A stretch of 64,000 nucleotides of DNA from Felis catus (GCF_018350175.1 NC_058383.1:26972001-27036000); one strand, 5' to 3'. Positions 49,533 through 61,880 are shown, counted from the stretch's first letter. The notes: a model not told the origin generated them from the sequence alone. A program made the numbers and translations.

Positions 49533-49747
49533 AAAAAAATTTTTAAATGTTTTTTTATATTTGAGAGAGAGGCAGAGTGTGAGCAGGGGAGGGACAGAGA
49601 GACAGAGACAGAATCTGAAACAGGCTCCAGGTTCCAGGCTCTGAGCTGTCAGCACAGAGCCCAACGCGGGGCTCGAACTCACGAGCCGAGAGATCATGAC
49701 CTGAGCTGAAGTTGGACTCTTACCTGGTTGAGCCACCCAGGCGCCCC
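49533..49747 (-). mobile_element. Can-SINE
   Basis: Reverse SINE ending gagccacccaggcgcccc. Confidence 0.92.
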
Positions 49748-50384
49748 AAGGGACAGACTTTTATCAGTAGGGGTGGGGCTAAAGGGATGATCAATGTTCC
49801 AGAAGCGGAGCAGGTGGCACTTCAGAGACCCCGGATTGGAGGGGCAAGGGAGAGACGGAAGTCAAGGATGACTGCTGGGTCTCTTGCTTGAGGCGTTGAG
49901 CAGGTGGTGGCTGTGCTCACTGAGTTGGAAAGACATCGGAAGGAACAGGTTGGGGTGGTGGGATTTGGGGGCTTGTTTTGGGATTTGGAGGTTTGAAATG
50001 CCGATTCTCTGTTCAAGTGGAGCTGCAGGTGCCCAGCTCCAGAGCTGAGCCCAGAGCTCCGGGCGGTGGTCAGGGCTGGATAAAATGTTTGCAACCATTA
50101 TACGTTATGACCTATTTGCTGGTAAAATTCCTTCTTGCCCGTCTCCCTGTGTATCATCCTGCATGCAGATGCCTGACGTCTCGGGGAGGCATTTTCTCAG
50201 AATCATTGCCAAGCCCCACACTGTGGTATTTTAAAAGTGTCACATCCTCTCTGCCCCTCTTTGAGTCGAGTCACACTTTTAATTAAGTTTCCACTTACAA
50301 CCTCAAGTAAAGGGGAAAAAATACCCTAAGGAATTGATCCCTGCCTGCACAGCACTGGGATTTTCAGTGGCCACCCTCACTCTG

Positions 50385-50387
<3 letters not shown>

Positions 50388-50423
<36 letters not shown>
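50388..50423. repeat. (TC)n microsatellite
   Basis: Directly visible. Confidence 0.97.
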
Positions 50424-50429
<6 letters not shown>

Positions 50430-50859
50430 CTTTCTTTTTTGGTCTCAGATCTGCCAGGAACATTTTCATTCTCAAGTCCTGATTGGCTTTGGAAATGGGG
50501 GTCTTGTGGTTAGAGTACATTTGGGAAGCCCTCTTCTCGAGAAGTGGAGCCTTCGCAGACAGTAGAATCTGTCAGTCGAAATGCAGCAGAAGGGTCATCA
50601 GATTAGGGAACATATCCTAAGGAACTGATTCAGGATGGCCGTGTCCTCAGCTTGGTCTGACCACGGATTCACCGTGTGACCTTGGGCAGGCACTCAGCTT
50701 CCTGTTACTCTGTACAAACGGGAGGTGGTAATCCCTGCCTCAGGTGAGTGTCCGTGAAAAGTGGACAGGACGATGCACGTCAGGTCTGGAGACTGCTGTG
50801 CACATTTTACACCTGCTACCTACATGAATACCACCCTGGCCGCGGCCCCCAGTGTATGT

Positions 50860-51750
50860 TACTCTCATTGCTGTGTGGCCTCCTGACTAAAATCCCTCCT
50901 TCTGCTCTTGCCCCCATGCAATCTGCTCTTTTTTTTTTTAATAATTTTTTTAAAAAATGTTGGTTGATTTTTGAGAGAGAGAGAGAGCACAAGCAGGGGA
51001 GGGGCAGAGAGAGAGGGGGACAGTGGATCCAAAGCAGGTTCAGTACTGACAGCAGCGAGCCCTATGCGGGGCTCAGAGTCACAACTACGAGATCATGACC
51101 TGAGCCGGAGTCGGACGCTCAAGTAACTGAGCCACCCAGGTGGCCCACCCATGCAATCTGTTCTTAACAGCCAGAATGATGTTATAAAAATAAAAGTCAC
51201 ATCACATCACTTCTCTGCTCCAAACCCTCTTTACAGCTCCACGTCCCACACATGGTGAAACCCAGAGCCTCCAATCTGCCACTTTCTGTCTGCCCTGTCT
51301 GATTTCATCTCCTGTTTACACCCTCTGCTCAATCCACTTCAGCCGCACAGCCTTCCTGATATTCCTGGAACACGCCAGGCAGATTCCTGCCCCAGGCCCT
51401 TTGCACTTGCTGTTCTTGCTATCTGGAAAGCCCTTCTGTCAGATAGCCACGTTTCCTCCCGCATCCCTGGTGGATCTTTATTCCTTTCAGGGAGGTCTTT
51501 CTTAATCACCCAGACATGGATTGCCCCCTGCCCCACATATTCCTTATCTCCCTTCCATGCTTTCCTTTACAGGCTCCCACAGCAAACATTTTTCTTATTT
51601 TTTCTTGTGTACTGTCTTCATCCAGTGGAACGTAAGGTCAGTGAGATTGGAGATATTTGGGGGAGGGGGTCTGTTTTGCTCACTGTTGTATTCCTAGTAC
51701 CTAGAATCAGGCTGGGCACTTGGGGCTCAATAGGTATTTGTTGGTAAAAG
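50860..51750 (+). mobile_element. L2 3' region interrupted by a SINE
   Basis: cacatcacttctctgctccaaaccctc..ggcccttgcacttgctgttc..gctcactgttgtattcctagtacctagaa..gctcaataggtatttgttg. Confidence 0.85.
50931..51146 (-). mobile_element. Can-SINE
   Basis: TSD cccatgcaatctg(c/t)tctt at 50913-50930 and 51148-51165. Confidence 0.93.
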
Positions 51751-51960
51751 AACGGGCGGGTGAGGAAACGGAAATGCAGCATATTAAGAGAATTTGCCCC
51801 CAGTCACGGTTCTGTTGGTGGCAGAACAGAATTAGAAGCCAGGCTGTTTGTTCAACACAAGGGCGGACTGTGGCATCTAGACTCCTTTATTTTCTCAACT
51901 GAAAAATTTGGGTGATACTGTTGTCATCCAGGGGGTTGTGAGGAGGAAAAACCGTATGCA

Positions 51961-52333
51961 CGCCTCTGAGTCCGCACAGGCTGTTGTAACAAAACACCAG
52001 GGACTGGGGGCTCACGAAGGACAGACGCTTCTTCCTCCCAGTTCTGGAGGCTGGAAGTAAAACTGTACCCTAGGTCACACTGCTGGCAACGAGGCTGTCC
52101 AGTGATGACCCACTTGCTGGTTCCCAGATTGCCATCTTCACAGTGTTGTCCTCACATGACGGAGGGGCGAGGGGGCTCTGTGGGATCCCTGTCACCAGGA
52201 CACCAATCCTGTTCACGAGAGCTCCGCTCTTGTGACCTCGCTTCCTCCCCAAAGCCTCACCCGCCACTGTCACATTGGGGGTGAGGTTTCGACCTACGGG
52301 TTTTGAGGGCACGCGGATGCTCAGTCTGTGGCG
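51961..52333 (-). mobile_element. MaLR LTR (MLT1A-like), unusually GC-shifted
   Basis: ggctgttgtaacaaaacacca..cagttctggaggctggaag..gtcctcacatg..cacattgggggtgaggtttc..tcagtctgtggc. Confidence 0.8.
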
Positions 52334-53070
52334 GCCCCTCCCCCTCGGAAAGTGCAGCCTCCCAGTAGAGACCGTGTCTCCAAGGATCCGAAGAGGCTGA
52401 GTGAGAAGGGGCTGGTCACAGACACTCTCGGCCCAGGGCCACCCCGTGTTGGCTCGCCTGCTGTCGGGGGCAGACAGCTGCCTGCAGGCCCGAGGTGTCT
52501 CTCTGTGCTTCTAGACCTAGGCTTGTCTCTGATCAGATGGCTCAGCGCCTGCAGGGAAGTGACCCGACTGTGTGGGGAGGTTGTGTCTGGTACCTGCCCT
52601 CAACCAGTGGGCGTCGGTGGAGAAGTTGCCGGGTCCCATCCTTCCCGGGATGAATCCGAGGCACCGGCCGCAAGGTCCACGGAGGGGCTTCGCCGGGTTG
52701 CACGCTGCTTGCTCGTCCTGACGACGGCTCCATGGCCCGCTCGTGCCGGCCGGCCCTTCTCCATCTCTCTCTCTCCTCCTTCTCTTACTCCTGGCTCCTG
52801 AGTCGCTGCCCAGACACATTCCCTGCGTGCGTGCCCATGTCTCAGGCTCCGCTCTCAGGGAAACCCGAACTGCAAGGCTGCCTGCAAGACGGGGGTGTGA
52901 AAGCGGACAGAACCGGGTTCTGCTGTTTGCCCCTGTGCCGCTGGCCTGGTCCTCACCTCGCAGCTCCCCAGCCAGCGGAGATACTCCTATGCGCCCTGCT
53001 CCCTTGTCGGGCAGAGGAAGGTAGGGCTGCGTGCGGTTGCCCATCCTAGTGCCCGGAGCGTCGTAGGCTG
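52330..53070. other. GC- and CpG-rich patch (borderline CpG island)
   Basis: Roughly 45-50 CpG in about 740 bp by eye, far above the flanks. Confidence 0.55.
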
Positions 53071-53767
53071 TTAAAAAGAGGAAGCTGATATTAAGATGTG
53101 GCCGAACATATTCTTATTACCTGTCTTTGGCATTCAAGGCAAGATAAGAGTGTGAGGAAGGGGCAGGGAGGAGGGGTGTCCTGGGGGAGGATGATGAGGG
53201 ACCCCTGGACTCCTGCTCCTAAGCTGCCATGGTAGAGGGGAGTCCCCGTTTCTTGCTCTGAAGACTGCATTTCTCATGGATCCTTCAGTACCTGCACTTC
53301 TGATACACTCCATCAACCCCGTGTGTCATACGTGTCCTGTTTATGACCAGCACTCACACGGAGTTTCCAAGACGACAGAGACTGCTGTAAGTCCTTTACG
53401 CTGCTATAGGTTCTTGATCCCTGTTTCACAGATGACAAATGCGAAGCCCAGAGAGGTTGGCTAACCTTTCCAAGGTCACACAGCTGGGAAAGAACAAAGC
53501 TGGGTTTGGACCTAGCTGGTTTGTTATATTGCCTCTTTGCACAAGCTCGGCAGAGCCTAAGACGCAATTGGCTGCTGTTCCAGCAGACTAGGGGAAAAGA
53601 GACATCACTGTTTCCTTAGGTGGTAACCTAATAAATGATGCATTTGTTGTAAAGTGGTGCCCCAGAATCCCCCGTCTTCTCTTCCGTCTGAGAATTCTCA
53701 CAGCCTGGGTTGCCATTCCCCACTCCAGATCACCACCTCGGCTCAGATCCCGTGAGTTCCAGCTTCT

Positions 53768-53784
53768 CCCCCCCCCCCCCCCCC
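53768..53784. repeat. Poly-C run (17 nt)
   Basis: Directly visible. Confidence 0.95.
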
Positions 53785-54239
53785 GCCAGCTGAATCTCCC
53801 TGGAAAGAATAAGACCAGGGTGCTGCTGTTGAGGAGAAGGCTGTGGTTTTATGAAGCTGAGTGGCAGGGAACCACAGAGCTTAAATTATGAGGCTGCGAT
53901 GGCTCCTGCCTTCAGGCAGGTGGAGGGAGGATGCCAGACGGAAGAGGCACACTTACAAAAGCTGTTCCCACCTCTTCTCCTTGTCAACGTGGATGTACGT
54001 GGTGGGTTTGAAGTGGAAAATGGGAATTCGAAAATTATAGACAAAGAATGGCAATTAGTTTAAAGCGAAAAGATGGGATTCAAAAAACCCAACATTTTGC
54101 TAAGTAAGTCAGTGCTGGGGAACAATTTTACCAGGAAGTAAAAATAAACTCTAGCTTGTATGCGTTATGGAGTACGTTATGTCTTTTTTCCTGTGTGTTC
54201 ATGGCTGTGTCAGGGTGAGTGCTGTGCCGGGCCCACTGG

Positions 54240-54480
54240 AGGCCCCGCGTGGGGATTAGGGACGCAGGATGTGGGGTCCAGCGGCCTGAGTTCAAATCCT
54301 GGCTCTTCCCGGCTGTGCAGTCTGGAGCAGGGTTTGAATCCTCTCGATTTCTGCATCTGATGATTAGCCTTTCCCACAGGATGATGCTGAGGATTGATTA
54401 GATGGGGCGATCCACATATACTTAGCACAGCACTGGGCACGCGGTAAACACTCAGTGACAACCGAGTGACAGCTGTTATG
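54240..54480 (+). mobile_element. MIR
   Basis: gcctgagttcaaatcctggctct..gctgaggattga..cttagcacagcactgggcacgcggtaaacactcagt. Confidence 0.75.
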
Positions 54481-54549
54481 ATGATCAGTTAATAAAGCGG
54501 GCAAAATCTTATACCAGGTTTCAAAGATAGAGACACGCTGATGACACGA

Positions 54550-54752
54550 GGGGCACCTGGGTGGCTCCGTCGGCTAAGTGTCCAACTCTTGATTCAGCTC
54601 AGTTCATGATCTCACAGGTTTGTGAGATCGAGCCCCGTGGGGGGCTCTGTGCTGACAGCACGGAGCTTGCTGGGGATTCTCTCTCTCCTTCTCTCTCTGC
54701 CCCTCCCCTTCTCTCTTTCTCTCAAAATAAATACATGGACATGAAAAGAAAA
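54550..54752 (+). mobile_element. Can-SINE (older)
   Basis: ggggcacctgggtggctccgtcgg head; gctgatgaca on both flanks. Confidence 0.9.
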
Positions 54753-56419
54753 GCTGATGACATAACTTGTTTTTCCTGCCGAAGATTTTTGTCCACTGTA
54801 GCATAATTGTGAAGCACATCAGTCTTGAGGTCAGACAGACAAGGCTTTAAATTTTCTTTCTGTTTACCGACCTAGGGCAGCCGCTTAATCTCTCTGCAAC
54901 TTAGTTTTCTCATCTGCAAATTGGGGGTGGTAGTCCCAAACTCACGAGGTTGCTTGAGGATCACTTGAGGTGATGTAGTCAGAGCACTGCACACACCCAT
55001 CACTAAATGTTACTCGTGGTATCAGCCTGCATCTGTGCATGTGTTCATGAATGCTTAAAGCCTGTAAAAATGTTGCTTTTACCCAACAGGATCGATGTTT
55101 TTGCTGCTTCTGAATGTCTGGACGGTAGAAATCAATAAGCTAACTCGAGGTGATTGGCAGCAGGGAGAGGTTCTGAGCTCACGTTCAGGCTCAGTGGGAA
55201 AGGAGTGTGCCGATTGATGAGTGACGTCTGTTCCTGGCACAGAAGTGGAGAATGGGGTTGTTTTAATCCCGTACTGGTTTTGTGGGCTCTAGACGGTGGC
55301 CCTTCTACTCATTTGCACTAAGGAAAATTGCACTGACTTTGAGGCTCTGATGCTGTTTTCTTTCAACACCTCTCAGGAAGAATAAAACGATTCTTCCAAC
55401 ACCTACTGACTGCCAGCTCTGTGACAAAGCACATAGTAGGTGCCAGAGTTGCAGAATTGAGGAAGATACCACCCCTTGTCCTGAAGGAGCTCACGGTCCA
55501 ATAGAGGAGACGTACAGGCAGGGAAGATCAGCGGACCCAGAGAGGAAGTGATAGGGGAATTGTAATGGTACATGCACCAGTTCAATCTACGAGGAGCCAA
55601 TCGGGACAGGTGCTGGGATTGGGACCAGAAATGGGGAGCCGCCCCGGGACAAGCAGGAAGGGCGGGCCGGGCTGTGGCATCACGCATGGAAGGCGTGGGG
55701 TGTGAGAGGGCAAGACGTGTTTGGGCAGGGCACCCGCTGGGTTGGGATAGTGGCCATGGCCAGAAATGAGGTGAAGACATCTTACAAAGTGAGCTAAGGT
55801 CCCAGCAAAGAGCCTTGCGTTCTGCACCAGTGAGGCTTCTCCCTGCTTCCTTAGTGATTGGCTTCAGACAGCACAAGTAAGCAGGGCTGGTCCAACAAGG
55901 TCTCTTGGCGGTTTCCTTCTTCCTCTCCTTCTCTGTTGTTTCCTTTCTGACTCTGGTCTGTCTGCCGTCTGCCTCTGTCTCCATCTCCAGTCCTCCTCCC
56001 CTGTGACCACCTCTTCCTCCCTCCCTCAAGGCCTGGCTCTCTCGTTCTCCCCTTCCGTCTCTTGGTCTCGCATGTGTGTGGTCTGGACCCCTTTCTCCCT
56101 TTCACAAGTTCTTCTTTGGCTCTGGGTTGCTTCCTGTCTCTTAGAAGGTAGGATTCTCTGGCATTTCTAAGTCTATTTTCATCACTTTGTCAGGCTTGAT
56201 TTAAAGGAAAATCTGATTTTCACAGTTTGTGCTTTGGTGCCTCAGGGGACTCTTAGTTTGATTATGTCCTGGAAAGGTCATGACACAGCCCAGGCTCCGA
56301 GAGCCCTGAGAGGGTGGGCTGATGGGCTTTCAGCTGTTTCCTGCTGGATCACGGAGGGATCACAGGGGCCCGAGCGTGTCCAGGCTCTTTATGTCATTGT
56401 AAAGTGCCATGCTTGTTAT

Positions 56420-56570
56420 CTTTGCTTCTTCGTATAACTCGGGGATCTTGTGAAAATGCAGAATCTGGTCCAGTAGCTCTGTGGTAGGACCTGATATTCT
56501 GCATTTCTGACGAGCTCCTAGGTGATGCCAGTGCTAGGGGTCCGGGGACCCTATGCTGAGTAGCCAGGAT
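56420..56570. mobile_element. MER5-like hAT DNA transposon fragment
   Basis: ggggatcttgtgaaaatgcaga..ttctgcatttctgacgagctcctaggtgatgcc..gagtagc. Confidence 0.75.
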
Positions 56571-57404
56571 GCAGCACGTGTCACGTAAGGTTCTCCTTCT
56601 GCCATAAAGTGCTCTCATTTCCACTTGGCAGATGGATGTGCTCCTCCTCTGTGCTCCCACAGAACTATAGAGTCTTCTGTAATATTTCTAATGGGCTTCT
56701 TCCCATCATAGAGCCTTGTCGTTCTTCTATTAGCCTGAGCACCATTCAGGGAGAGTGAAAACACAAAAAAGAACATTCCGGGCCAGTTAAGTATAGTAAG
56801 CCTGTTGCGTGCCACCCACAATAACGGCCACCTTCCTCGGTTTAGCACCGCACGTTGATATAAAAAGCAGTGGCTGTTGCATCGACAGGCCCTACTCCTG
56901 GCCTTGCCTGGTAGGAATGTGCTGTCTGGGATCCTTTGAAGCCCTGGGCCAGCCCCCCACTGGCAGGAGATGTGGGATTTCCTCGCCAGACTTCAGATGC
57001 ACACGGGATCTGTGTAACTTCCTCTGCTTTCTCCACTTTTTATAACCCATCCTGCTGTGCTCAAAGTCCCCACCCCCGGGATGGGTGTGGGCAGATACCT
57101 GGGACAGGAGTGCAAGAGATACTGGTTCTGCATCATTTTTTCAAGTGAAGTCAGTCTTGGCAAAGAATCAGGCACCTGTCAAAGCCTTCTCTGTGTGGTT
57201 TATGTCCTCTGTCTGGAACCCTCTCCTCTACCTCCAGAAGGTGGTGTCTGTCTGGGCTCATAAAGAAGTTCAGATGTTTCAAAGCCAAGGAGAAGTGGTC
57301 TCTGTCCACGTGTTGTCCTCTGACCTTTTTGGCCTTCACCGTGGGAGCTCGGGTCTCATCTTGACCCTGAGCATTCTGTGCTGGTGTCCCTGCAGAGTGA
57401 CCAC

Positions 57405-57719
57405 TGTGCTGGTTAATTTTATGTGTCAACATGACTGGGCGAAGGGAAGCCCAGACAGCTAGTGGAACATTATGTCTGGGTGTGTCTGTGAGGGTGTTTC
57501 TGGAAGAGATTAGCATGTGAACTGGCACACACTGTGGAGAGGACCTTCCTCACCAGTGTGGTGGGACAGCATCCAATCTGTAGAGGACCTGAATAGACAG
57601 ACAGAAAACTAGACCTCTCTGGAGAAACGAAACCAGTAGGGAGCTGTGTCCACAGATACAGATACATTTCCTATTTAGGATGTATACATAGGTTTTGTTT
57701 CCTTGGAGGACACAAATAC
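57405..57719 (+). mobile_element. MLT2 (ERVL) LTR, internally rearranged
   Basis: tgtgctggttaattttatgtgtcaacatgactggg..tctgggtgtgtctgtgagggtgtttctggaagagattagcat. Confidence 0.85.
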
Positions 57720-59819
57720 GTGTGTATCTGTCTTTATCTAATATCTCTGTATGTATCTATCTGTCTATCTGTCGAGAGGGGGACTATTGTCTCATGAAGG
57801 GTGCCGAGAGCTTATTCTTATTTGGGGAGTCAAAAGCTAGAAATGGCTCCCTTCTCTTTGTGCTTCTGCCGTAACTGCCCCAGTCCTTCCCAAGGCAGGG
57901 GATGCTCTGGGTGAGGAGAGAGGGCGCTCTTGTACTTCAGAACTGGTTGTAGTCACACCTGGGGCAGGGACCAGGTCAGAGCAGCGGATCCCTTGCTATG
58001 ACCTTTTCTGATCACTGCAGAGGATGCAAGAGAGGTTCAGCCTCTAGAAACTTTGATGGGATGTGAAACCCATCCAGATGGAACAAGCTTTTCTGAAGAG
58101 CCATCCTCGGTGGCAGGAAATGAGTTCTGTTCCAGAGTCTGAAGCCTGGGTCCTGAGAAACGGACCCAAAGCCACACGTTCCTGCAGGTGTGACCAAGCT
58201 GCCGTGGGGACTCCAGGGCAGTTCATTTCACCACGATGCATCGTCGGCTCCTGTTTCTAATTCTCGCTTTGTGGAAGCAGAGTCAGCAGGCTCCTCTCAT
58301 GGCCTCTCAGTTCTCCAGCTGGAATTTCTGGAGGCCACTGGGAGGCCACTTCCATTTCCGCTGCCTTCCAACCGGTTGTCCACTCTGTTCACGGCTCATG
58401 AATGAACAAGCAGTGGCGTTTCCCTGCTGGCGTGGGCTCCCCGCTGCCACGGGGCACTCACCATGGGCAGAGGGGGGCAGGTGTTTTGAGAAGACTGGAT
58501 GAGCTGTGGGTGGCAAGGTCGACGCTGGGCTTGGCTCTGGGAGCTCAGACTCCGAACACTGAGCTGAACCATCTGAGGCTCCTCCGGGAAACAGGTTGTG
58601 CAAATCTCCCTTCTCCCTCTCTGGGCTCATGCATATTCATCAGGAGAACAACTCCAGGCTGAAGATAATGATTCATGCAGGAAGCACCATTCTGAACATT
58701 ATTATCTGGGAGTGACAAATGAATTTCTAATTTAACATGTGTATTGCACAAATAGATCACAAGAACTTTAAAGTCAAAAGCATCCTTTGGAGTCATGCAA
58801 CTTCTGTTGTAATGTAGCGTAAAATGATAGAGGAAGAACATCTCCCCACTGGTGGCTGCGCATAGCTGTTCCCTTCAAAGCAGAGGAGAAATGAAAGGGG
58901 GTGTGCTTTCAAAAGCTGCTTGAGTCTACAATAGAAGCCAATAACAATGGCCAAGAATGGAACAACAATGACAACAACAAAGAGCCAGCCACTGGCATGA
59001 GCAACATCATTGTTTCCAGTTATTACTTGGGGATGAGCAGAATGCTGGCCCCCATGCCTCCCCCCCCCCCACTGGCAGCAGGAATGAGTGACGGCCCCTT
59101 GGGTTCATTGGCTGCTTGGTAAGAATCAGAGAGCAGCAACTTCAAGGCGAGACTGAGGAGGCAATGGTGGAATGGATTTGAGTTGCATTCCAATGCCAGT
59201 TTCGTGGTGAAATGTTAATTTATAGCATGATAATGTGATAGCTACACTGTCTGCCCTTCGGCAAAGATTGGCCGCTTCCAGCTTGTCAAAGCTGACAGTC
59301 GGGCATGAAATGGCTACTGTCAGGGAGTGGCAGCTCTTTGAAGACTAAGTCTTAAGCCATTTCTTAAGGTTCTGTATCCCTGTCATCGCTGCTGGCTCCT
59401 CGTCCCTTTTCCTTCTTAAACCGGCTTCCCATCCCTTCACCTACTGTAGCATTCCAGCAAAGCCCGAGGAAAACTTCTTCTTGGAACCTGGGTATCTGCT
59501 CTTGGGTTTTCTTTTCTGAGCTAATAATGACACGTTAGGATGTTCACGAGGTACAAGGTAGTGCGATATGGCACATCACCTTTATGATTTCAGTAAACTC
59601 TCACAACAATCACCGACAAAAATGCTAGTATCCCCAATGTACGGAGGAGGAAGCCGAGCTTCTGAGAGGTGAAGTCACATGCCCCAGTTCACATGAACAG
59701 CCTGTGACCGGCAGAGGCAGGAGTAGAGACTTGTCTGCTTGGCTTCAGACACCACCCTCTTTACTACTAAGCTCTAAGATCTGATGTCTTTTTAGGGATG
59801 ATTGCACAAGTCTTGACCA

Positions 59820-60270
59820 GTGAAACCCTGGTGCAGGACCTCCCTTAGAGCTGGTCAGGTCCCCTGGCTTCCTGCATCTGCTTCCCACTCTGTGAGATGA
59901 AGTGCTGGTGGGGTCAAGGACATGTGCCCATCTGGGACCCATGTTCCCTCTCCACCGTCTCTGGGAGGACCAGGCTTTAGAACCTCACAGCTCAAGCTCC
60001 GCAGAAAAGCTTTTGCTTTTCTCTCGGTAGTCTCAGCTCTGATTGGGTCTCCTGGCCCAAATTCAACCAATCACTGAGGCCAGGGGGTCTGGTACTCTGA
60101 TTGGCCAGGCCGAGTCACATGCTTACTGCTGGCAGTGTGGATGAAGCCCTTACCACCTGAATGGTGTAGTCTGAGAGGAAGAGAAAGGTGGTGGGGGTCC
60201 CTCTCCGCACGATCTAGGTGTTGTGGCTGGAAGAAGGGGAAAGAGGTGGCCACCAGACAAAACCAACAGG
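59820..60270. mobile_element. Old MaLR/ERVL LTR remnant with three CCAAT boxes
   Basis: ctctgattgg..aaccaatcactgaggccaggggg..ctctgattggccaggccgagtcacatgc. Confidence 0.55.
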
Positions 60271-61149
60271 TATCCAGTCCTCTCGTCAGGCCTCTCTGCC
60301 TCCCAAATCCTCTGGGGTCTAAAGGTTCTAGGAGAGAGAGAGAGAGCAGTTTGAGGAGAGACACTGGAGGGAACAGAAAATAGGGAAAGATGGAAGGATC
60401 CTTTCAGAGAGGCTTGCTCAGAAGTAGAGACACAGAATTCGCAAAGAACCAGAAAGATTTCCCTTCACCTCCTCAAGAGACACACAAGAGACAGAACACA
60501 GAACACAGGAGGAAATGCTTTGAGAGCCCAGCCTTGGCTGATTCCTGCTTCCCATACCACATGGGCCAGTGATCTTTGGTTTTTGTTCTGCCTATACCTA
60601 AAGCTCTGGGACAGCTCCTCAGGCTCTTTAGAGAGAATTGCGAAGTGGGGCTTGGAGGAAGCTCAGTGGGGGGAGCTCAGATACCCCCCACCCCCACCCG
60701 GCCAACGTTCTCATTTCTGTTGCTCTTTTCAGTGCGTTTCCACTTAAGACCTTGCTCGGGGCCGGTGGGGGGAGGCGGGGAAGGATTCCTCTGCTAGACA
60801 CGGCTCTATACCAGGATAAGTTCAGGAAGAAAGTCCTTTTGCTTACCTCTGTCTCTCGGTGTTTAACCCAGTGCCCGGCACACAGTTCAGACTCACCAGC
60901 TGTCGAGCTGAGAGCGCTGAACTGACAACCGGCGGAAAGCAGTAGAGTAGAATTATGGCTGGAAAATCTTAAACCATGGAAAGGAAGCTGAGGGCTGTGG
61001 GGGCACCCGGAGAGCTGGCAATGCCCTTCATGATAGTGTGACCACAAAAGCTTGTGTACCAAGCCAGATGCCCATTTACTGCTCTCTTTTTGGAGATGAC
61101 ACAGCTCTAACTGAAGAGGTAAAATGTTGGCTTGCGATGGGCCACTGGT

Positions 61150-61370
61150 TAATAATGACATCGCTCTTCCCACATTTATCAAGAGCCAGGTATTTGTGCA
61201 TTATCTCATTTAATGCTCATAATGGCCCCACGAGGTGGATGCTGTAATTATTTTGCTCCCTTCACGGGCTGGAGAGATTAAGAAAGGCAGCCAAGGTCAC
61301 GCCTCTGAGAGGGCAAGGCCAGGGTATAAATCCACCTATCTGATTGCGCGGTCGCAGTACTTAAGCACTC
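61150..61370 (-). mobile_element. MIR
   Basis: cattatctcatttaatgctcataa..gccaaggtcac. Confidence 0.7.
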
Positions 61371-61691
61371 TGGTATTTGCTCACCACCTGAGGGTGCGTT
61401 TATGTTGGGCCCACAAAAACACCTATGGTTTAGAGTTCAGGCAACTAGCAAGAGGAGCACTGATGAGCTGAGGTACCTCAGCCGGCTAGGATGCTGGTGA
61501 TGGATGAGCTGTGTAGGAACTGTCTCTTTATTGAGGAAAAAAGACCTTGGGGAATGAGCCTTCAGGTCCCTTGAGGGCCCCTGGGAGGAGGCATTAGCTT
61601 TGTTTGGGGTAGTTTCAGGGGGAAAAGTAGAAACACCACATCTTCTTCAAGTAGACAGACTTGTGTGCAGTACGAAGTACAAACTTTCTCG

Positions 61692-61872
61692 AATGGCGCT
61701 CCTCGGACGTTTGTGTGCACGAGAATTACTTTGAGAGCTTGGGAGAACACACATTCATGGGCCCCACGCCCAGAGCTTTGATTCAGCAGGTCTGGGGTCG
61801 GTCCTGACCATTTGCATTTCTAATAAGCTCCCAGATGCTGCTCTTCCCCAGACCACATGTTGAGTAGTAATG
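61692..61872. mobile_element. MER5A
   Basis: gggccccacgcccagag..tgattcagcaggtctggggt..atttgcatttctaataagctcccagatgctg..gaccacatgttgag. Confidence 0.85.
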
Positions 61873-61880
61873 CCCTCGAC

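Larger units (their letters stand above)
47540..49970 (-). mobile_element. L2 fragments interleaved with MIR, MER20 and SINE insertions
   Basis: tcattcaatgaatatttac..gggttctggggata, gggaacagcatctgcaaagccc, gtcaaggatgac; purine-rich reverse L2. Confidence 0.6.

Noticed and set aside
50388..50448. Long pyrimidine tract ending in CAG
   Set aside because: The tract is a (TC)n microsatellite and I see no strong donor at exon distance
52328..53049. Overlapping 93-175 aa ORFs on both strands
   Set aside because: Expected from stop-codon scarcity in GC-rich DNA; no recognisable protein or exon structure
54165..54177. 13-mer ttatggagtacgt also at 24674-24686
   Set aside because: A 13-mer match within 64 kb is expected by chance and the flanks do not extend
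55403..56029. Longest ORF (208 aa, minus strand)
   Set aside because: Spans a low-complexity purine tract and an L2-like remnant; no recognisable domain
58844..58862. CTCF-like gccaccagtgggga on the minus strand
   Set aside because: Mismatches at key core positions; too weak to call without data
60628..61182. 184-aa minus-strand ORF with nearby donor-like sites
   Set aside because: No recognisable homology and no convincing acceptor-donor pair
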